From the NCBI GenBank assembly GCA_035248285.1, contig DATFHP010000029.1, positions 505 to 64,504 of the forward strand: 64,000 nucleotides of DNA. Reading direction: 5' to 3'. Below, piece by piece: positions 1 through 9,703 of the stretch. Under the pieces are notes generated by a model. The model was not told the origin of the DNA, made no database searches, and saw only the letters and a list, made by a program, of their open reading frames with translations. The translations under genes and the position numbers were made by a program. Source of the stretch: Allosphingosinicella sp. Its GTDB lineage: Bacteria > Pseudomonadota > Alphaproteobacteria > Sphingomonadales > Sphingomonadaceae. Position 1 is the stretch's first letter. Each line of letters opens with the position of its first letter.

Positions 1-105
1 CTCGTGCAACGTGTGGCGCGAATCGAAGTGGACGAGCCTACGCTTGGAGCCAACAATGGATTGTACGGCTTCGACCACCTCCCGCTGCGCTTTTTCGCGG
101 CTTGA
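1..105 (+). CDS. 3' end of an upstream gene (partial, product unknown)
   Basis: Frame 1 is open from the window edge to TGA at 103-105, with mostly G/C third positions. Too short to assign a family. Confidence 0.3.
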   Translation, partial: LVQRVARIEVDEPTLGANNGLYGFDHLPLRFFAA

Positions 106-197
106 TTGTGCATCTCTCTAGTTCGGGCTCCTGGGAGAATGGCTGAATGAAGGACCGGATCAGCCGGCATTTTGAGGATCAGGAAAGGGTAGCGGCT

Positions 198-1409
198 ATG
201 TCAGAACAAGCGACGATCGGAAGGCCGGTGGCCATCGCGGGGGCAATGGCGAATGGACCTTCGCTTCCGCCGATGATGCGCGCCGCGCGTTTGCATCGTC
301 CAGGCGAGCCGCTCTCTATCGATCTTGTCGAACGCCCTGTCGCTCGACCGACGGACGTCATCGTCCAGGTCATGGCGTGCGGTGTGGTCCCGAACATGAT
401 CAATGTCCTCAACAATCTCGCAACCTGGTCCTACCTGCACCAACCGGACCTGCCGGCGATCTATGGCCTCGATGTTTCCGGAGTGATCGTGGAGAAAGGA
501 TCGCAGGTACATGGCGTCGCGGTGGGAGACCGTGTCTATGTCAACCCGGGCCGCTATTGCGGAGGCTGCCGCTCGTGCCGATCGGGAAACACGACGGCGT
601 GCCAGTATTTCATGCTCAACGGATATTTCGGCATGGGCGCGTTGTCCCAGCGGCTTTACGATGACTATCCCTATGGCGGATTTGCCGAATTCATGTCGGC
701 CCCGCAATATAGCCTGGTCAAGATCCCGGACAATCTGAGCTTCGAGATGGCCGCGCGCTGGGGGTATCTCGGCACCGGCTATGCCGCGCTGCGGCGAGCC
801 GGAGTCGAGATGAGCAGCACGGTTCTGATCAACGGAGTCACCGGCACGCTCGGCTTGGGAACGGCATTGTTCGCCCTTGCGCTTGGCGCGCGCAAGATAC
901 TCGGCGTGGGGCGCAATGTGGAGTTGCTCCAGCGCGTGAGGGATTTGTGTCCGGATCGTATCGACGTTCGGACGCTCGAGGGCGCCGAATCGATCGGCGA
1001 TTGGGCGCGATCGCTGACTGGCGGCGAAGGCGTCGACGTGGTCGTCGACGCGCTTCCAACGGGGGCGCCGGCGGCGTCGTTCCGTGCGGCATTCGCTGCT
1101 TTGGGGCGCGGCGGGCGGCATGTGAACGTCGGCAGTGTCTACGAGGACGTGCCGATCAACTTCCTTCAGCTGAACAACGATTGTCAGACCCTGATCGGAT
1201 CGCTCTGGTTCACGACGACACATGGCCAGGAAATGGCCGAACTGGCGGCGAACGGCAGCGTGAAGCTGGAGGCGTTCGAGCACGAGGTGTTCGCGCTGGA
1301 GGAGATCAACGCCGTATTGAGCGGGATTGGAAGCCGCCACGGCGGCTTCAGCAACTATGTGGTGTCACCCGATCCGCGGGCGCTAAAGGAAAAGGTTGCT
1401 GTGCGATGA
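198..1409 (+). CDS. Medium-chain dehydrogenase/reductase (zinc-ADH-like, atypical catalytic site)
   Basis: ORF 147..1409. MDR landmarks: ACGVVPN, structural-zinc loop CGGCRSCRSGNTTAC, Rossmann INGVTGTLGLG. Clear paralog of 57493..58599. Start uncertain (147, 198 or 273); 198 has AGGAAAGGG upstream. Confidence 0.8.
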   Translation: MSEQATIGRPVAIAGAMANGPSLPPMMRAARLHRPGEPLSIDLVERPVARPTDVIVQVMACGVVPNMINVLNNLATWSYLHQPDLPAIYGLDVSGVIVEKGSQVHGVAVGDRVYVNPGRYCGGCRSCRSGNTTACQYFMLNGYFGMGALSQRLYDDYPYGGFAEFMSAPQYSLVKIPDNLSFEMAARWGYLGTGYAALRRAGVEMSSTVLINGVTGTLGLGTALFALALGARKILGVGRNVELLQRVRDLCPDRIDVRTLEGAESIGDWARSLTGGEGVDVVVDALPTGAPAASFRAAFAALGRGGRHVNVGSVYEDVPINFLQLNNDCQTLIGSLWFTTTHGQEMAELAANGSVKLEAFEHEVFALEEINAVLSGIGSRHGGFSNYVVSPDPRALKEKVAVR

Positions 1410-1693
1410 TCGATAGGAACGGTTCCGATCAGCACCGAAGCCCGCCAGGCAGGCAGCCCGGCGTCCTATGGGGTGACGTTGAGCTATAAGCTATAAAGTG
1501 GCTTGGATCTGAGCATGGGTTCAGAGCCTCGTCGCAATCCTCATCGTGTCGCACGAAGAGAGGTGGTCGGGCAGGCGATGCACGAAGCCGCAGGGAAGGG
1601 TGATCCCTAGCCGGGTTTCGGATGTTCGGAAGCGAAGACCCGGGAGACGTCGGTTCATATCGAACCGCACCATCAAATCCCAGGATCCAGCAC

Positions 1694-2758
1694 CTAAACG
1701 GCGATTCGTCGCCGCGTCGCCGACGGCAACTCGCCGAATCGCTGGTGATAATAGCGGCAGAATTTGCTCATGTGGGTGAAGCCGCTGTCGAAGGCTATGT
1801 CCGACACCGATCGATCATTATTGGCGCACAACAAGGCGCGTACATGCTCGAGCCGAACGGCTTTCAAATATGCCATCGGCGTCGTCTCGCGAAAGCGTTG
1901 AAACCCATAATTGAGGGTGCGTGGGCTTACGCCCGCCGCCTGTGCCAAGTCCGTGAGCGAGCATGATCTCGAAAAGTTTTCGTTTATATATTCTTCCGCG
2001 CGCTTCACATAATAAGGGGCGACCCAGGAACCCGAAGGATTCATCCATTTTTCTAGATTGTGCGGTGTCATATCCAGAAGAAGAGAAACAAGAGTCCGTT
2101 CATAGTTTGTAGCTACCGCCAAGCGGTGCTGAGTGGCTCCGTCATCCGAGATTTCTTGACAGCAGAGCATAATGAATCGAAATAGTGACAGAGCGTTGCT
2201 AAAATCCACTGGTTTAAGACCAAAAGTGACTTCCGTCGGTAGAGCGCGGTCCATTTCCTGAGAGATCATTTGACGAAGAATATTACGATTCATCTGGATG
2301 GTGATATTGCTGTAGTTTTCGCTGAAGCGGGTGAGGCACTCGTAATCCGGGTTGAGGACCACGAGACTGCCCGTGGTGACCGGTTGCCATCCCGATTGGC
2401 TATCCAATGCACCGGTGCCGGATGTGACGAGCGAAAGCAGATAATAGTCTTCCGGTATCCGAGTCTGCAGTTGAAGCTCCGATCCATGCCACACCGAGCT
2501 CAGCCACATCCCGCCCAGCGATGCCCTATGGAGTCGCGTGTGAAGGGTCGAAGGGGAACGAATGGTGAGTTTGTTCGGGGCAAAATAGCTGCCGATCCGC
2601 TCGGCAGCCTCATCAGCGCTGTTGCTTTCGAAACGTTCCCAGGGTCCGCGAAACGGGAACGAATCGTCTCCGCCAAAAAGACCGAATTCCAGCACTCTTG
2701 CATCCCCATCCAGCGCCGCCGACGACCCCAGGCGGTCGCGATGCTGCGACGCTTTCAT
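1694..2758 (-). CDS. AraC family transcriptional regulator
   Basis: C-terminal double HTH (SLTDLAQAAGVSPRTLNYGFQRF ... DIAFDSGFTHMSKFCRYYHQRFGELPS). Divergent from the oxygenase gene at 3161. Confidence 0.9.
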   Translation of the reverse strand: MKASQHRDRLGSSAALDGDARVLEFGLFGGDDSFPFRGPWERFESNSADEAAERIGSYFAPNKLTIRSPSTLHTRLHRASLGGMWLSSVWHGSELQLQTRIPEDYYLLSLVTSGTGALDSQSGWQPVTTGSLVVLNPDYECLTRFSENYSNITIQMNRNILRQMISQEMDRALPTEVTFGLKPVDFSNALSLFRFIMLCCQEISDDGATQHRLAVATNYERTLVSLLLDMTPHNLEKWMNPSGSWVAPYYVKRAEEYINENFSRSCSLTDLAQAAGVSPRTLNYGFQRFRETTPMAYLKAVRLEHVRALLCANNDRSVSDIAFDSGFTHMSKFCRYYHQRFGELPSATRRRIAV

Positions 2759-3160
2759 GCGATTATGGTGTCGCTGGGGCTATGGCATCGTTTTCGCATT
2801 GCGGCAAGTTTGGCCCGGGCCGGCCGGACCCCCGATCGGCGGTTCGGCGGGTCGGCTATGCCGATGCCACGGCGACGAATGTCGCCTCGTTGCCGGCCAT
2901 CCCCTCTTCCACGTCCAAGGTTCGATGGGCGCGCAAAGGCGCCGTCACGGCGAAAGCGGCGGACTCGGCCACAAATCGCGGCCTTCCGTCAGCTTGAATG
3001 CCGACAAAGGCCATCCCTTGCCAGGGCGGGATAACGCGCTTTCAGCAACCATGTCATAGATCTTCGTCGTGAGGCTGGATGGACGCCTGGCGGCCGCGAC
3101 TCCGAATGTCCTGTGATTCGGTAAGGCTTGCCGCTCGAGATCCTGGAAGGAAGAGTCGCG

Positions 3161-4357
3161 ATGAAATTCGAGCAGATAGACTATAAAAAGCTCGTGGAAG
3201 ATCTTGGCACGGATCCGCTGCCAATCGAATCCTACGTGAGCGCCGAAGCCTATGAAAGCGAAATGAATAACATCTTCAAGAAGGCTTGGCTCAAAGTCGC
3301 CTTGGAGAATGAGATTCCCAATGTCGGCGACTATAAGGTCAAGCGCCTCGAATTCGCGAGTACGTCAGTAATCCTCGTAAGGGGTAAGGATAACAAGATC
3401 CGCGCCTTCCATAACATGTGCTCCCACCGAGGAAACAAGGTCATACCGGACAACAATTATGAGACGTTCGGCGGAAACAGGGCGGCGGTGATGACGTGCC
3501 GCTTTCACGGCTGGGTGTTCGATGCGCAAGGCCAATTGGTCGACGTCCCGCGGGTGGATCAATTTCCGGCGTGCTTCCAGCAGGCTGAAAACGGCCTGAC
3601 TCCGATCCATTGCGACGTGTGGGCGGGGTTCGTCTTCATCAATCTCGATCGCTCGCCTCAGCCTCTGAGCGACTATCTTGGCGACGCTTCAGGGCATCTC
3701 GAAGGCTTTCCGTTCGATAAGCTGAGCCAGTGCTTCTCCTATCATACCATTTTGAATACAAACTGGAAAATCGGCATGGACGCGTTTTCCGAGGCGTACC
3801 ATGTGGCAACGCTTCATGCGGGATCGCTCAGCAATGTCGAGAAGTGCACCGTCGGCGGGACGCGCTTCTACGGGCCGCACAAGAGCATATCCACCTTTTT
3901 TGATCTTCAACCCGTGCATCCGCCCGTTGCGGAAGCGGCCAACCGGCGCGCGACGAGCAATCTTGCGTCCATTCACCACCAGGGACGGCTCGACTTGCCT
4001 GAGCGGGTCAACCCCGAGCGAAAGGCCAATTTCGCTTTCGAGATGCTGTCCTGTTTTCCAAACATCCTCATACATGTGGCGCAAGACACGTGGTTCACGC
4101 ATCAGTTCTGGCCGATGAGTCAGGGCCAGACATTGTGGGAAGGACGCTTCTATTGTCCGCCCAATCGCCGCAACAGCGATTTCTTCGCTGCGGAATACGC
4201 CCATATCGTCTCTCGGGCCGCTTGGTTGGAAGACACCGGCACCATGGAAAATACCTATGAGGCCATGAAGTCCGGCGCGAAGGACAAGCAATGGCTGATG
4301 GAGGATGAAATCCTGATCCGTCATCAACTGGCTGTCATCAAACAGCTTGCCGGCTAG
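3161..4357 (+). CDS. Rieske (2Fe-2S) aromatic ring-hydroxylating oxygenase, alpha-subunit type
   Basis: Rieske motif CSHRGNKV...CRFHGWVF and mononuclear iron motif DAFSEAYHVATLH. ATG 3161 is preceded by GGAAGGAAG; the track ORF starts at TTG 3128. Confidence 0.9.
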   Translation: MKFEQIDYKKLVEDLGTDPLPIESYVSAEAYESEMNNIFKKAWLKVALENEIPNVGDYKVKRLEFASTSVILVRGKDNKIRAFHNMCSHRGNKVIPDNNYETFGGNRAAVMTCRFHGWVFDAQGQLVDVPRVDQFPACFQQAENGLTPIHCDVWAGFVFINLDRSPQPLSDYLGDASGHLEGFPFDKLSQCFSYHTILNTNWKIGMDAFSEAYHVATLHAGSLSNVEKCTVGGTRFYGPHKSISTFFDLQPVHPPVAEAANRRATSNLASIHHQGRLDLPERVNPERKANFAFEMLSCFPNILIHVAQDTWFTHQFWPMSQGQTLWEGRFYCPPNRRNSDFFAAEYAHIVSRAAWLEDTGTMENTYEAMKSGAKDKQWLMEDEILIRHQLAVIKQLAG

Positions 4358-4440
4358 CTCCGGGGCCTTTGTCCTCGCATCGCTATTGCGAAGAATTGGG
4401 CCACTCTTTCCGCACGATGCTCCAAGCGAGAGAACCCGAT

Positions 4441-4800
4441 ATGACTGCATCCCTGCCAGAACAATTCTCGATGCTAGAACCGCTTGCCAAAGATTGGGCG
4501 TTCGCGACCGAGAACGAGCGCAACGAGAAGCGCGAAAAATCCTCTCGCGAGGAACTGCGCGCCTTCTACGATGAAATGCTCCCGCACATCGAGAATATTC
4601 TCGATTATCTCGACACGTTTCCGCTGGGCGAATTACCAGAACCGGAGCAGCGCCTGTTGTATTTGGCGCTTTCATTGGCCCATGCGGGCCTCTTCGTCGA
4701 AGTCTATCGGGGCCAGACCTACGTGCCCCATGCGTTCGAGGAAAGACGCTTCGTCTGCGACGCGGGAGATCGGCCGATCGCGTTCAAGCAGCCCGCTTGA
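4441..4800 (+). CDS. Hypothetical protein (about 119 aa), no recognisable family
   Basis: ORF 4369..4800 lies directly after the oxygenase gene on the same strand with coding-like composition. ATG 4441 chosen; 4369 and 4417 are alternatives. Confidence 0.5.
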   Translation: MTASLPEQFSMLEPLAKDWAFATENERNEKREKSSREELRAFYDEMLPHIENILDYLDTFPLGELPEPEQRLLYLALSLAHAGLFVEVYRGQTYVPHAFEERRFVCDAGDRPIAFKQPA

Positions 4801-4903
4801 GGACGAGACGGCCGGCACCGGCATAGCGATTGCGCTCGTCTTCACCCAGCGCGGGCCCTCGACCCGATCGGGACGCTCCCATGAATCCTTGTGAGGTTTC
4901 GCC

Positions 4904-5659
4904 GTGAAAAAGATACTCATGCTGGCTCCGATACCGGTGCCGTCCTCGGCAGCGGACTTCTTCGCGGCGCAGCTTCCGCCAGATCTGATCCCGCCCGACA
5001 TCCAGGTCGATTACGTCGGTTGCCGCGAAGGCGGCACGATCATGGACAGCTATTATGAACTGGCCCTGGCGGAGGCCTTTACGCTGGAGGCGGGCGCCCA
5101 GGCCGAAGCGCAGGGCTATGATCTGGTGTGTGTCAATTCCATGAGCGATACCGCGCTGCCGGCGCTCCGATCGCGTCTTTCGATCCCGGTGGTCGGAACC
5201 GCGGCCGCCACGCTCCACTTCGCAGCGACGCTCGGTGGCCGCTTCTCCATGCTCACCATGTGGGAGCCCTGGGTGCCGTTCGTGCGCGAGAGCGTCGCAA
5301 AATATGGTCTGACCGATCGATTGGCGTCGGTCCGCCATATCGGCGTGCGGCCCGATACCGTCGCCCTGCTGCAGGGCAAGGAAGACATTGTGTTCGACGC
5401 GCTCGAAAAGGCCGGAAGGGCCGCGATCGAGGAAGATGGCGCCGCCGTCATCGTGCTCGGTTCGACCACGATGCTGCAAAGCCATCGCTATCTGGCGGAG
5501 CGGTTGCCGGTTCCGGTCGTCAACCCCGCGCTGGTGGCGTTCAAATTCTGCCAGGTGATGCTCGACCTCGGTCTGGCCCATTCCCGCCGGCCTTACAAGC
5601 AACCGGAGACGGTCAACGACGGCATATTTTCGGCTGTGCAGCCTCGCTATTCCAGCTGA
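4904..5659 (+). CDS. Asp/Glu/hydantoin racemase superfamily protein (atypical active-site positions)
   Basis: About 250 aa with a layout like hydantoin/allantoin racemase and maleate isomerase (GYDLVCVNSMSDTALPALRS ... AAVIVLGSTTMLQS ... VPVVNPA). GTG start. Confidence 0.75.
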   Translation: MKKILMLAPIPVPSSAADFFAAQLPPDLIPPDIQVDYVGCREGGTIMDSYYELALAEAFTLEAGAQAEAQGYDLVCVNSMSDTALPALRSRLSIPVVGTAAATLHFAATLGGRFSMLTMWEPWVPFVRESVAKYGLTDRLASVRHIGVRPDTVALLQGKEDIVFDALEKAGRAAIEEDGAAVIVLGSTTMLQSHRYLAERLPVPVVNPALVAFKFCQVMLDLGLAHSRRPYKQPETVNDGIFSAVQPRYSS

Positions 5660-5676
5660 ATGCGATTGGAGGATCG

Positions 5677-6123
5677 ATGAGCAGAAGCAGCGGTGGCGTT
5701 CACCAGGTCGTCGTCGCTCTGGATCCAAGCGATCATGGGGATAATCTTGCGCGAAGCGCATGCGGTGCCGTGCCAATGTCAGAGCCTCTAGTAGCACTTT
5801 GCGCGCTGTCATCGCTCCGGGAGGATGAGGGAATCAGCGTCGAATTGCCCGATCGGCGGGCGGTTGCGGTTTTCCTCCACAATGGACAGATCCATGTCAT
5901 CGACGACCTCTGCACGCACGGCACCGCGTCGCTCGCCGAGGGCATTTGCGAAAACGGCGAGATCGAATGCCCGTTCCACCTGGGGCGTTTCTGCCTTCTG
6001 ACCGGCGCCCCCACTCACCCGCCCTGTGTCGAACCAATCGCCGTCTACGAGACCAGGATCGTGGATGGCATCGTCTATCTGGCCGGAGCGAAGCCAAGAC
6101 GCGATCAGGCTCTGGAACGCTGA
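5677..6123 (+). CDS. Rieske-type ferredoxin (oxygenase electron-transfer component)
   Basis: CTHGTASL...CPFHLGRF Rieske motif in a small protein. ATG 5677 has GGAGGA 4 nt upstream; ATG 5776 is an alternative start. Confidence 0.8.
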   Translation: MSRSSGGVHQVVVALDPSDHGDNLARSACGAVPMSEPLVALCALSSLREDEGISVELPDRRAVAVFLHNGQIHVIDDLCTHGTASLAEGICENGEIECPFHLGRFCLLTGAPTHPPCVEPIAVYETRIVDGIVYLAGAKPRRDQALER

Positions 6124-6248
6124 TCGCGCATCCGGTGCCGAGACAATCGATGCAATTGCATGCGGCTTGAGGCCATCGCTTGCCGGGCCGGTCTACTAGG
6201 GCGCCGAAGACGCTGCTAGCCTCGAATGTTCTTCTACGGGGATGAGAC

Positions 6249-7415
6249 ATGGCGGCGGATACCAAGACAATCAGGCGGCGCGAAGGCCCTGGCTCGACAG
6301 ATCCAACCTGTTTCAACAGGCTGCATCACGCGTTGCCGTGCGTCGATACGGCGAAGCCAGGGGATTTGGTGGTTTTCGAGACACGCGATTGCATAGACGG
6401 GCAAATCCCATACGGAGGCGGGCCGGAGCTCGTCCCCAACGTTGACCTCGGACTGGTGCACCCGATGACGGGGCCGGTCGCCATCGAAGGGGCGGAGCCC
6501 GGCGATGTGCTCGCCGTCACGATCGTCGACATAGAGCCGGCGGAGACCGGCATAACGCTCATCGTGCCGGGCTTTTGCTTCCTCCGCGATGTATTCGATC
6601 AGCCAGCCGTCATGCATTGGCGATTGACCCGCGATCACGCCACGGTCGATCGGTTGCCCGGCATCAAGGTGCCGAATTCGGCGTTTCCCGGTTCAATCGG
6701 CGTCCTGCCTGGTCCCCGGGAGGTCGCCGATGCACTGTCAAGGGAGCGCGCGCTGGCGGAAGCCGGCGGCGTCGTCATGCTTCCCGATCCTCATGGTGCG
6801 CTTCCGGCGCACCTCTTTGGCGACCAGGGCGCTTATCGGGACGAGGCGCTTCGCACGATTCCTCCGCGCGAGTTCGGCGGCAACATGGACGTGCGCACGC
6901 TGACCGTCGGGAGCACGCTGCTGGTGCCGGTCTTTGTTCCGGGGGCCGGCCTATGGTGCGGCGACGTCCATTTTGCGCAAGGCGACGGCGAGGTCTGCGG
7001 CTCGGCCATAGAGATGGCTGCGCGGGTGACGGTGAGATGCGAGGTGCGCAAAGGCGCCGGCCAGTTCCTGCGGGCGCCGGCGGTGGAGGGGCGTCGTGCG
7101 GCGCGAGAGGTTCACGAAACCTATGCGGCAACGGGAATCCCGTTGAAGCGCGAAGGCGAGGTTCCTCCCCATCTCGAATATCTGAGTTCGCCGAAGCTCG
7201 CGGCTTTGGCGAATCTTTCGGAAGACCTCGGCCTGGCGGCGCGCAATGCGCTTCTGGATGTCATCGATTGGATGAGCAGCCGCTACGCCCTTTCGCGGGC
7301 GGACGCCTATATGATCGCTTCCGTGGCCGTGGACCTGCGCATTGCGCAAGTCGTGGATGCGCCGAACTGCCTGGTCACCGCAGAAGTCCCGCTCAGCATA
7401 TTCGAGAACGTATAG
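6249..7415 (+). CDS. Acetamidase/formamidase family protein
   Basis: 388-aa ORF whose N-terminus is typical of the FmdA/AmdA family (NRLHHALPCVDTAKPGDLVVFETRDCIDGQI). Confidence 0.8.
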   Translation: MAADTKTIRRREGPGSTDPTCFNRLHHALPCVDTAKPGDLVVFETRDCIDGQIPYGGGPELVPNVDLGLVHPMTGPVAIEGAEPGDVLAVTIVDIEPAETGITLIVPGFCFLRDVFDQPAVMHWRLTRDHATVDRLPGIKVPNSAFPGSIGVLPGPREVADALSRERALAEAGGVVMLPDPHGALPAHLFGDQGAYRDEALRTIPPREFGGNMDVRTLTVGSTLLVPVFVPGAGLWCGDVHFAQGDGEVCGSAIEMAARVTVRCEVRKGAGQFLRAPAVEGRRAAREVHETYAATGIPLKREGEVPPHLEYLSSPKLAALANLSEDLGLAARNALLDVIDWMSSRYALSRADAYMIASVAVDLRIAQVVDAPNCLVTAEVPLSIFENV

Positions 7416-7500
7416 ATAATGCCGTTCAGCGGTGATCGGACGGGTGCGGCCGATCGGCCGCCCTTGCCCGAGAAAGTCCCGTTTGCACGAAGCAGAACCA

Positions 7501-8925
7501 ATGGCCGACGATGATATCGCCTTTCTGGACCTGCTCTCGCTGGCGTCGCTCATCGCTCGGCGCGATCTTTCACCCGTCGCCGTTACGCGATCGATGATCG
7601 AACGCATCGAAAGATTCGACGGCATTTTGCACAGTTACGCGCACGTGCTTGCCGATTTGGCGCTTAGCCAGGCGCATCGCGCGGAGGAGGAGATCGGGCG
7701 AGGGGCGCTGCGCGGGCCGCTCCATGGCGTGCCGATCGCGGTCAAGGACCTTTGTTTCACCCAAGGGCTTCCGACCAGTGCCGGCATGCCGCTTCATCGC
7801 GACTTTCGTCCGAGCTTCGATGCCACGGTCGTGCGGCGGCTGGCCGAGGCCGGAGCGGTGCTGCTCGGCAAGACCCAAATGACCGAAGGCGCCTATGCCG
7901 ATCATCACCCTCTGGTTCCGGTTCCGGTCAATCCTTGGAGCGGCGCCCATTGGTCCGGCGTGTCGTCCAGCGGATCCGGAGTTGCGACGGCCGCCGGCCT
8001 TTGCTTCGCCGCTTTGGGTTCCGATACCGGCGGCTCGATCCGCTATCCGGCGGCGGCCAATGGGGTGACCGGCCTCAAGCCGACGTTCGGGCGGGTGAGC
8101 CGACATGGCGTCTTCGGCCTATCCTTCACGCTCGACCATGTCGGCCCGCTGGCGCGCACCGCGGCGGATACCGGCGCCGTGCTCGGCGTGATTGCGGGCC
8201 CCGATCCACAGGATGTCATGACAAGTCTGCGCCCGGTGGACGACTATCTCGATGGCGTCGACCGTGGCGTGGAGGGTCTCCGCATCGGCCTCGATCCCGA
8301 ATTCGCGTTCGCGGGCGTCGACCCGGTAACGGCGGAGGCGACGCAGGCCGCGGTCGGCTTGCTCGTTTCGCAGGGCGCCATCGTCGATGAGGTGCGCATG
8401 CCCGACTGGCGCACGATGATGGAGACGTTGCTGCCGATCGTGGCCGCGGATGCGGCGGTGGCGCATGCGACGACCTATCCGCAGCAGGCGGAGGCCTATA
8501 GCCAATCCTTCCGCGAATTCCTGGATATGGGACGCGCGATGAAAGCCACGCAGCTTGCCGACATTCTCGCGAGCCGGGCCGTGTTCAGCGGCCACATGGA
8601 CCGGCTGTTTCAACATATCGACCTGCTGGCCTGTCCGGCGCTCCCGCTGCCGCTTCCGCGCATCGATATGATGCAGCTCGGCGGAGACGATTCGGGCGCG
8701 CTCGAGCAATTGCTTCGCTTTACCGCGCCGTTCAACATGTCCGGCCTGCCGACGATCACGGTTCCGGCAGGCTTCACCGATGAGGGGCTGCCCATCGCGA
8801 TGCAATTTGTCGGCGGACGGTTCTGCGAGCGATTGGTGGTGCGCGCCGGCCACGCCTACCAGTCGGTCACCGATTGGCATCGGCGGCGTCCACCAATCGC
8901 CATATCGCGCGAGGACCCAGCCTAG
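7501..8925 (+). CDS. Amidase (amidase-signature family)
   Basis: GVPIAVKD (catalytic Lys), SGVSSSGSGVATAAG and GSDTGGSIRYPA signature. ATG 7501 gives a typical N-terminus. Confidence 0.9.
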   Translation: MADDDIAFLDLLSLASLIARRDLSPVAVTRSMIERIERFDGILHSYAHVLADLALSQAHRAEEEIGRGALRGPLHGVPIAVKDLCFTQGLPTSAGMPLHRDFRPSFDATVVRRLAEAGAVLLGKTQMTEGAYADHHPLVPVPVNPWSGAHWSGVSSSGSGVATAAGLCFAALGSDTGGSIRYPAAANGVTGLKPTFGRVSRHGVFGLSFTLDHVGPLARTAADTGAVLGVIAGPDPQDVMTSLRPVDDYLDGVDRGVEGLRIGLDPEFAFAGVDPVTAEATQAAVGLLVSQGAIVDEVRMPDWRTMMETLLPIVAADAAVAHATTYPQQAEAYSQSFREFLDMGRAMKATQLADILASRAVFSGHMDRLFQHIDLLACPALPLPLPRIDMMQLGGDDSGALEQLLRFTAPFNMSGLPTITVPAGFTDEGLPIAMQFVGGRFCERLVVRAGHAYQSVTDWHRRRPPIAISREDPA

Positions 8926-8931
8926 ATCGTC

Positions 8932-9423
8932 TCAATCCGGATAACTCCAGTCGGCGGGGGCGGGCCCTCCGAACTTGATGTGCAACGTCAGGTCATGGAT
9001 ATGCCAGCGATCTCCCGTCTTTCGGAGCTTGGCATCATACCAACCTCCGCCGACGATGACCTCGACCTTATTGTCCCCGCCTCGCTTGGCCAATTCGAAC
9101 AGGTACCAGAGCGCGGTCGCGCTGGTATATCCGGTCTCAGCGTCGAGATTGATCTCTACAGGACCAAAATGATGAAAAGATTGAAGAATAATATTCTGGG
9201 CGATCATTGAGGAGCCCTCGACGAGCGCTTCGCGGCCTTCGAAGGACAAGTCGCTGCCGAGCGCGTCGGCGCCCCCCTGCGTGCGCCAATGAACGTCCTC
9301 CGAAAAAATCTCGCGCACCATCGCGGGATCATTCTGTCGATCGGCACCGCGGCGCATTCGATTGACAAGGGCTCGAATTGCTTCGAATTCCTCAAGCCGT
9401 TGCACGCGTGTCTCAAGAAGCAT
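8932..9423 (-). CDS. SnoaL-like / NTF2-fold protein
   Basis: About 163 aa counted from MLLETRVQRLEEFEAIRALVNR, a pattern typical of SnoaL-like polyketide cyclase-fold proteins. The track ORF extends to 9522. Confidence 0.65.
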   Translation of the reverse strand: MLLETRVQRLEEFEAIRALVNRMRRGADRQNDPAMVREIFSEDVHWRTQGGADALGSDLSFEGREALVEGSSMIAQNIILQSFHHFGPVEINLDAETGYTSATALWYLFELAKRGGDNKVEVIVGGGWYDAKLRKTGDRWHIHDLTLHIKFGGPAPADWSYPD

Positions 9424-9563
9424 CACGTTCGCTCCGCCACGGATATCAGGTCGGCAGTAATAGTGGAGCGGCGCCCCTATCGGTATAGGCCGGTGGCAGG
9501 AAATGGCCCGAAATCGCAACATCCAATCGGCGCGGCCGAGCAGGATGCGAAAAAGTGGGAACC

Positions 9564-9606
9564 ATTGATCAGGTGCTCAGTGCGGGGCACTGAGCACCTG
9601 ATCAAT
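9564..9606. repeat. Perfect 20-bp stem / 3-nt loop palindrome
   Basis: attgatcaggtgctcagtgc-ggg-gcactgagcacctgatcaat, read directly in the divergent intergenic region. Confidence 0.9.
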
Positions 9607-9703
9607 TTCGCAGAAAATCCTGCGGCAACAAATATTTCTAGAGTGATTTCTAGTCAGATGGAATCATCTGACGACTCGGAAATCACGGTAAACAAAGGGA
9701 AAT

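Noticed and set aside
201-1340. 379-aa minus-strand ORF, plus similar long antisense ORFs at 11878..13257, 14910..16157, 23183..24448, 37353..38699, 40610..41965, 43017..44015, 49109..50701 and 53352..54548
   Set aside because: Each overlaps a motif-supported gene on the opposite strand and shows no recognisable domain. They are high-GC frame artefacts.
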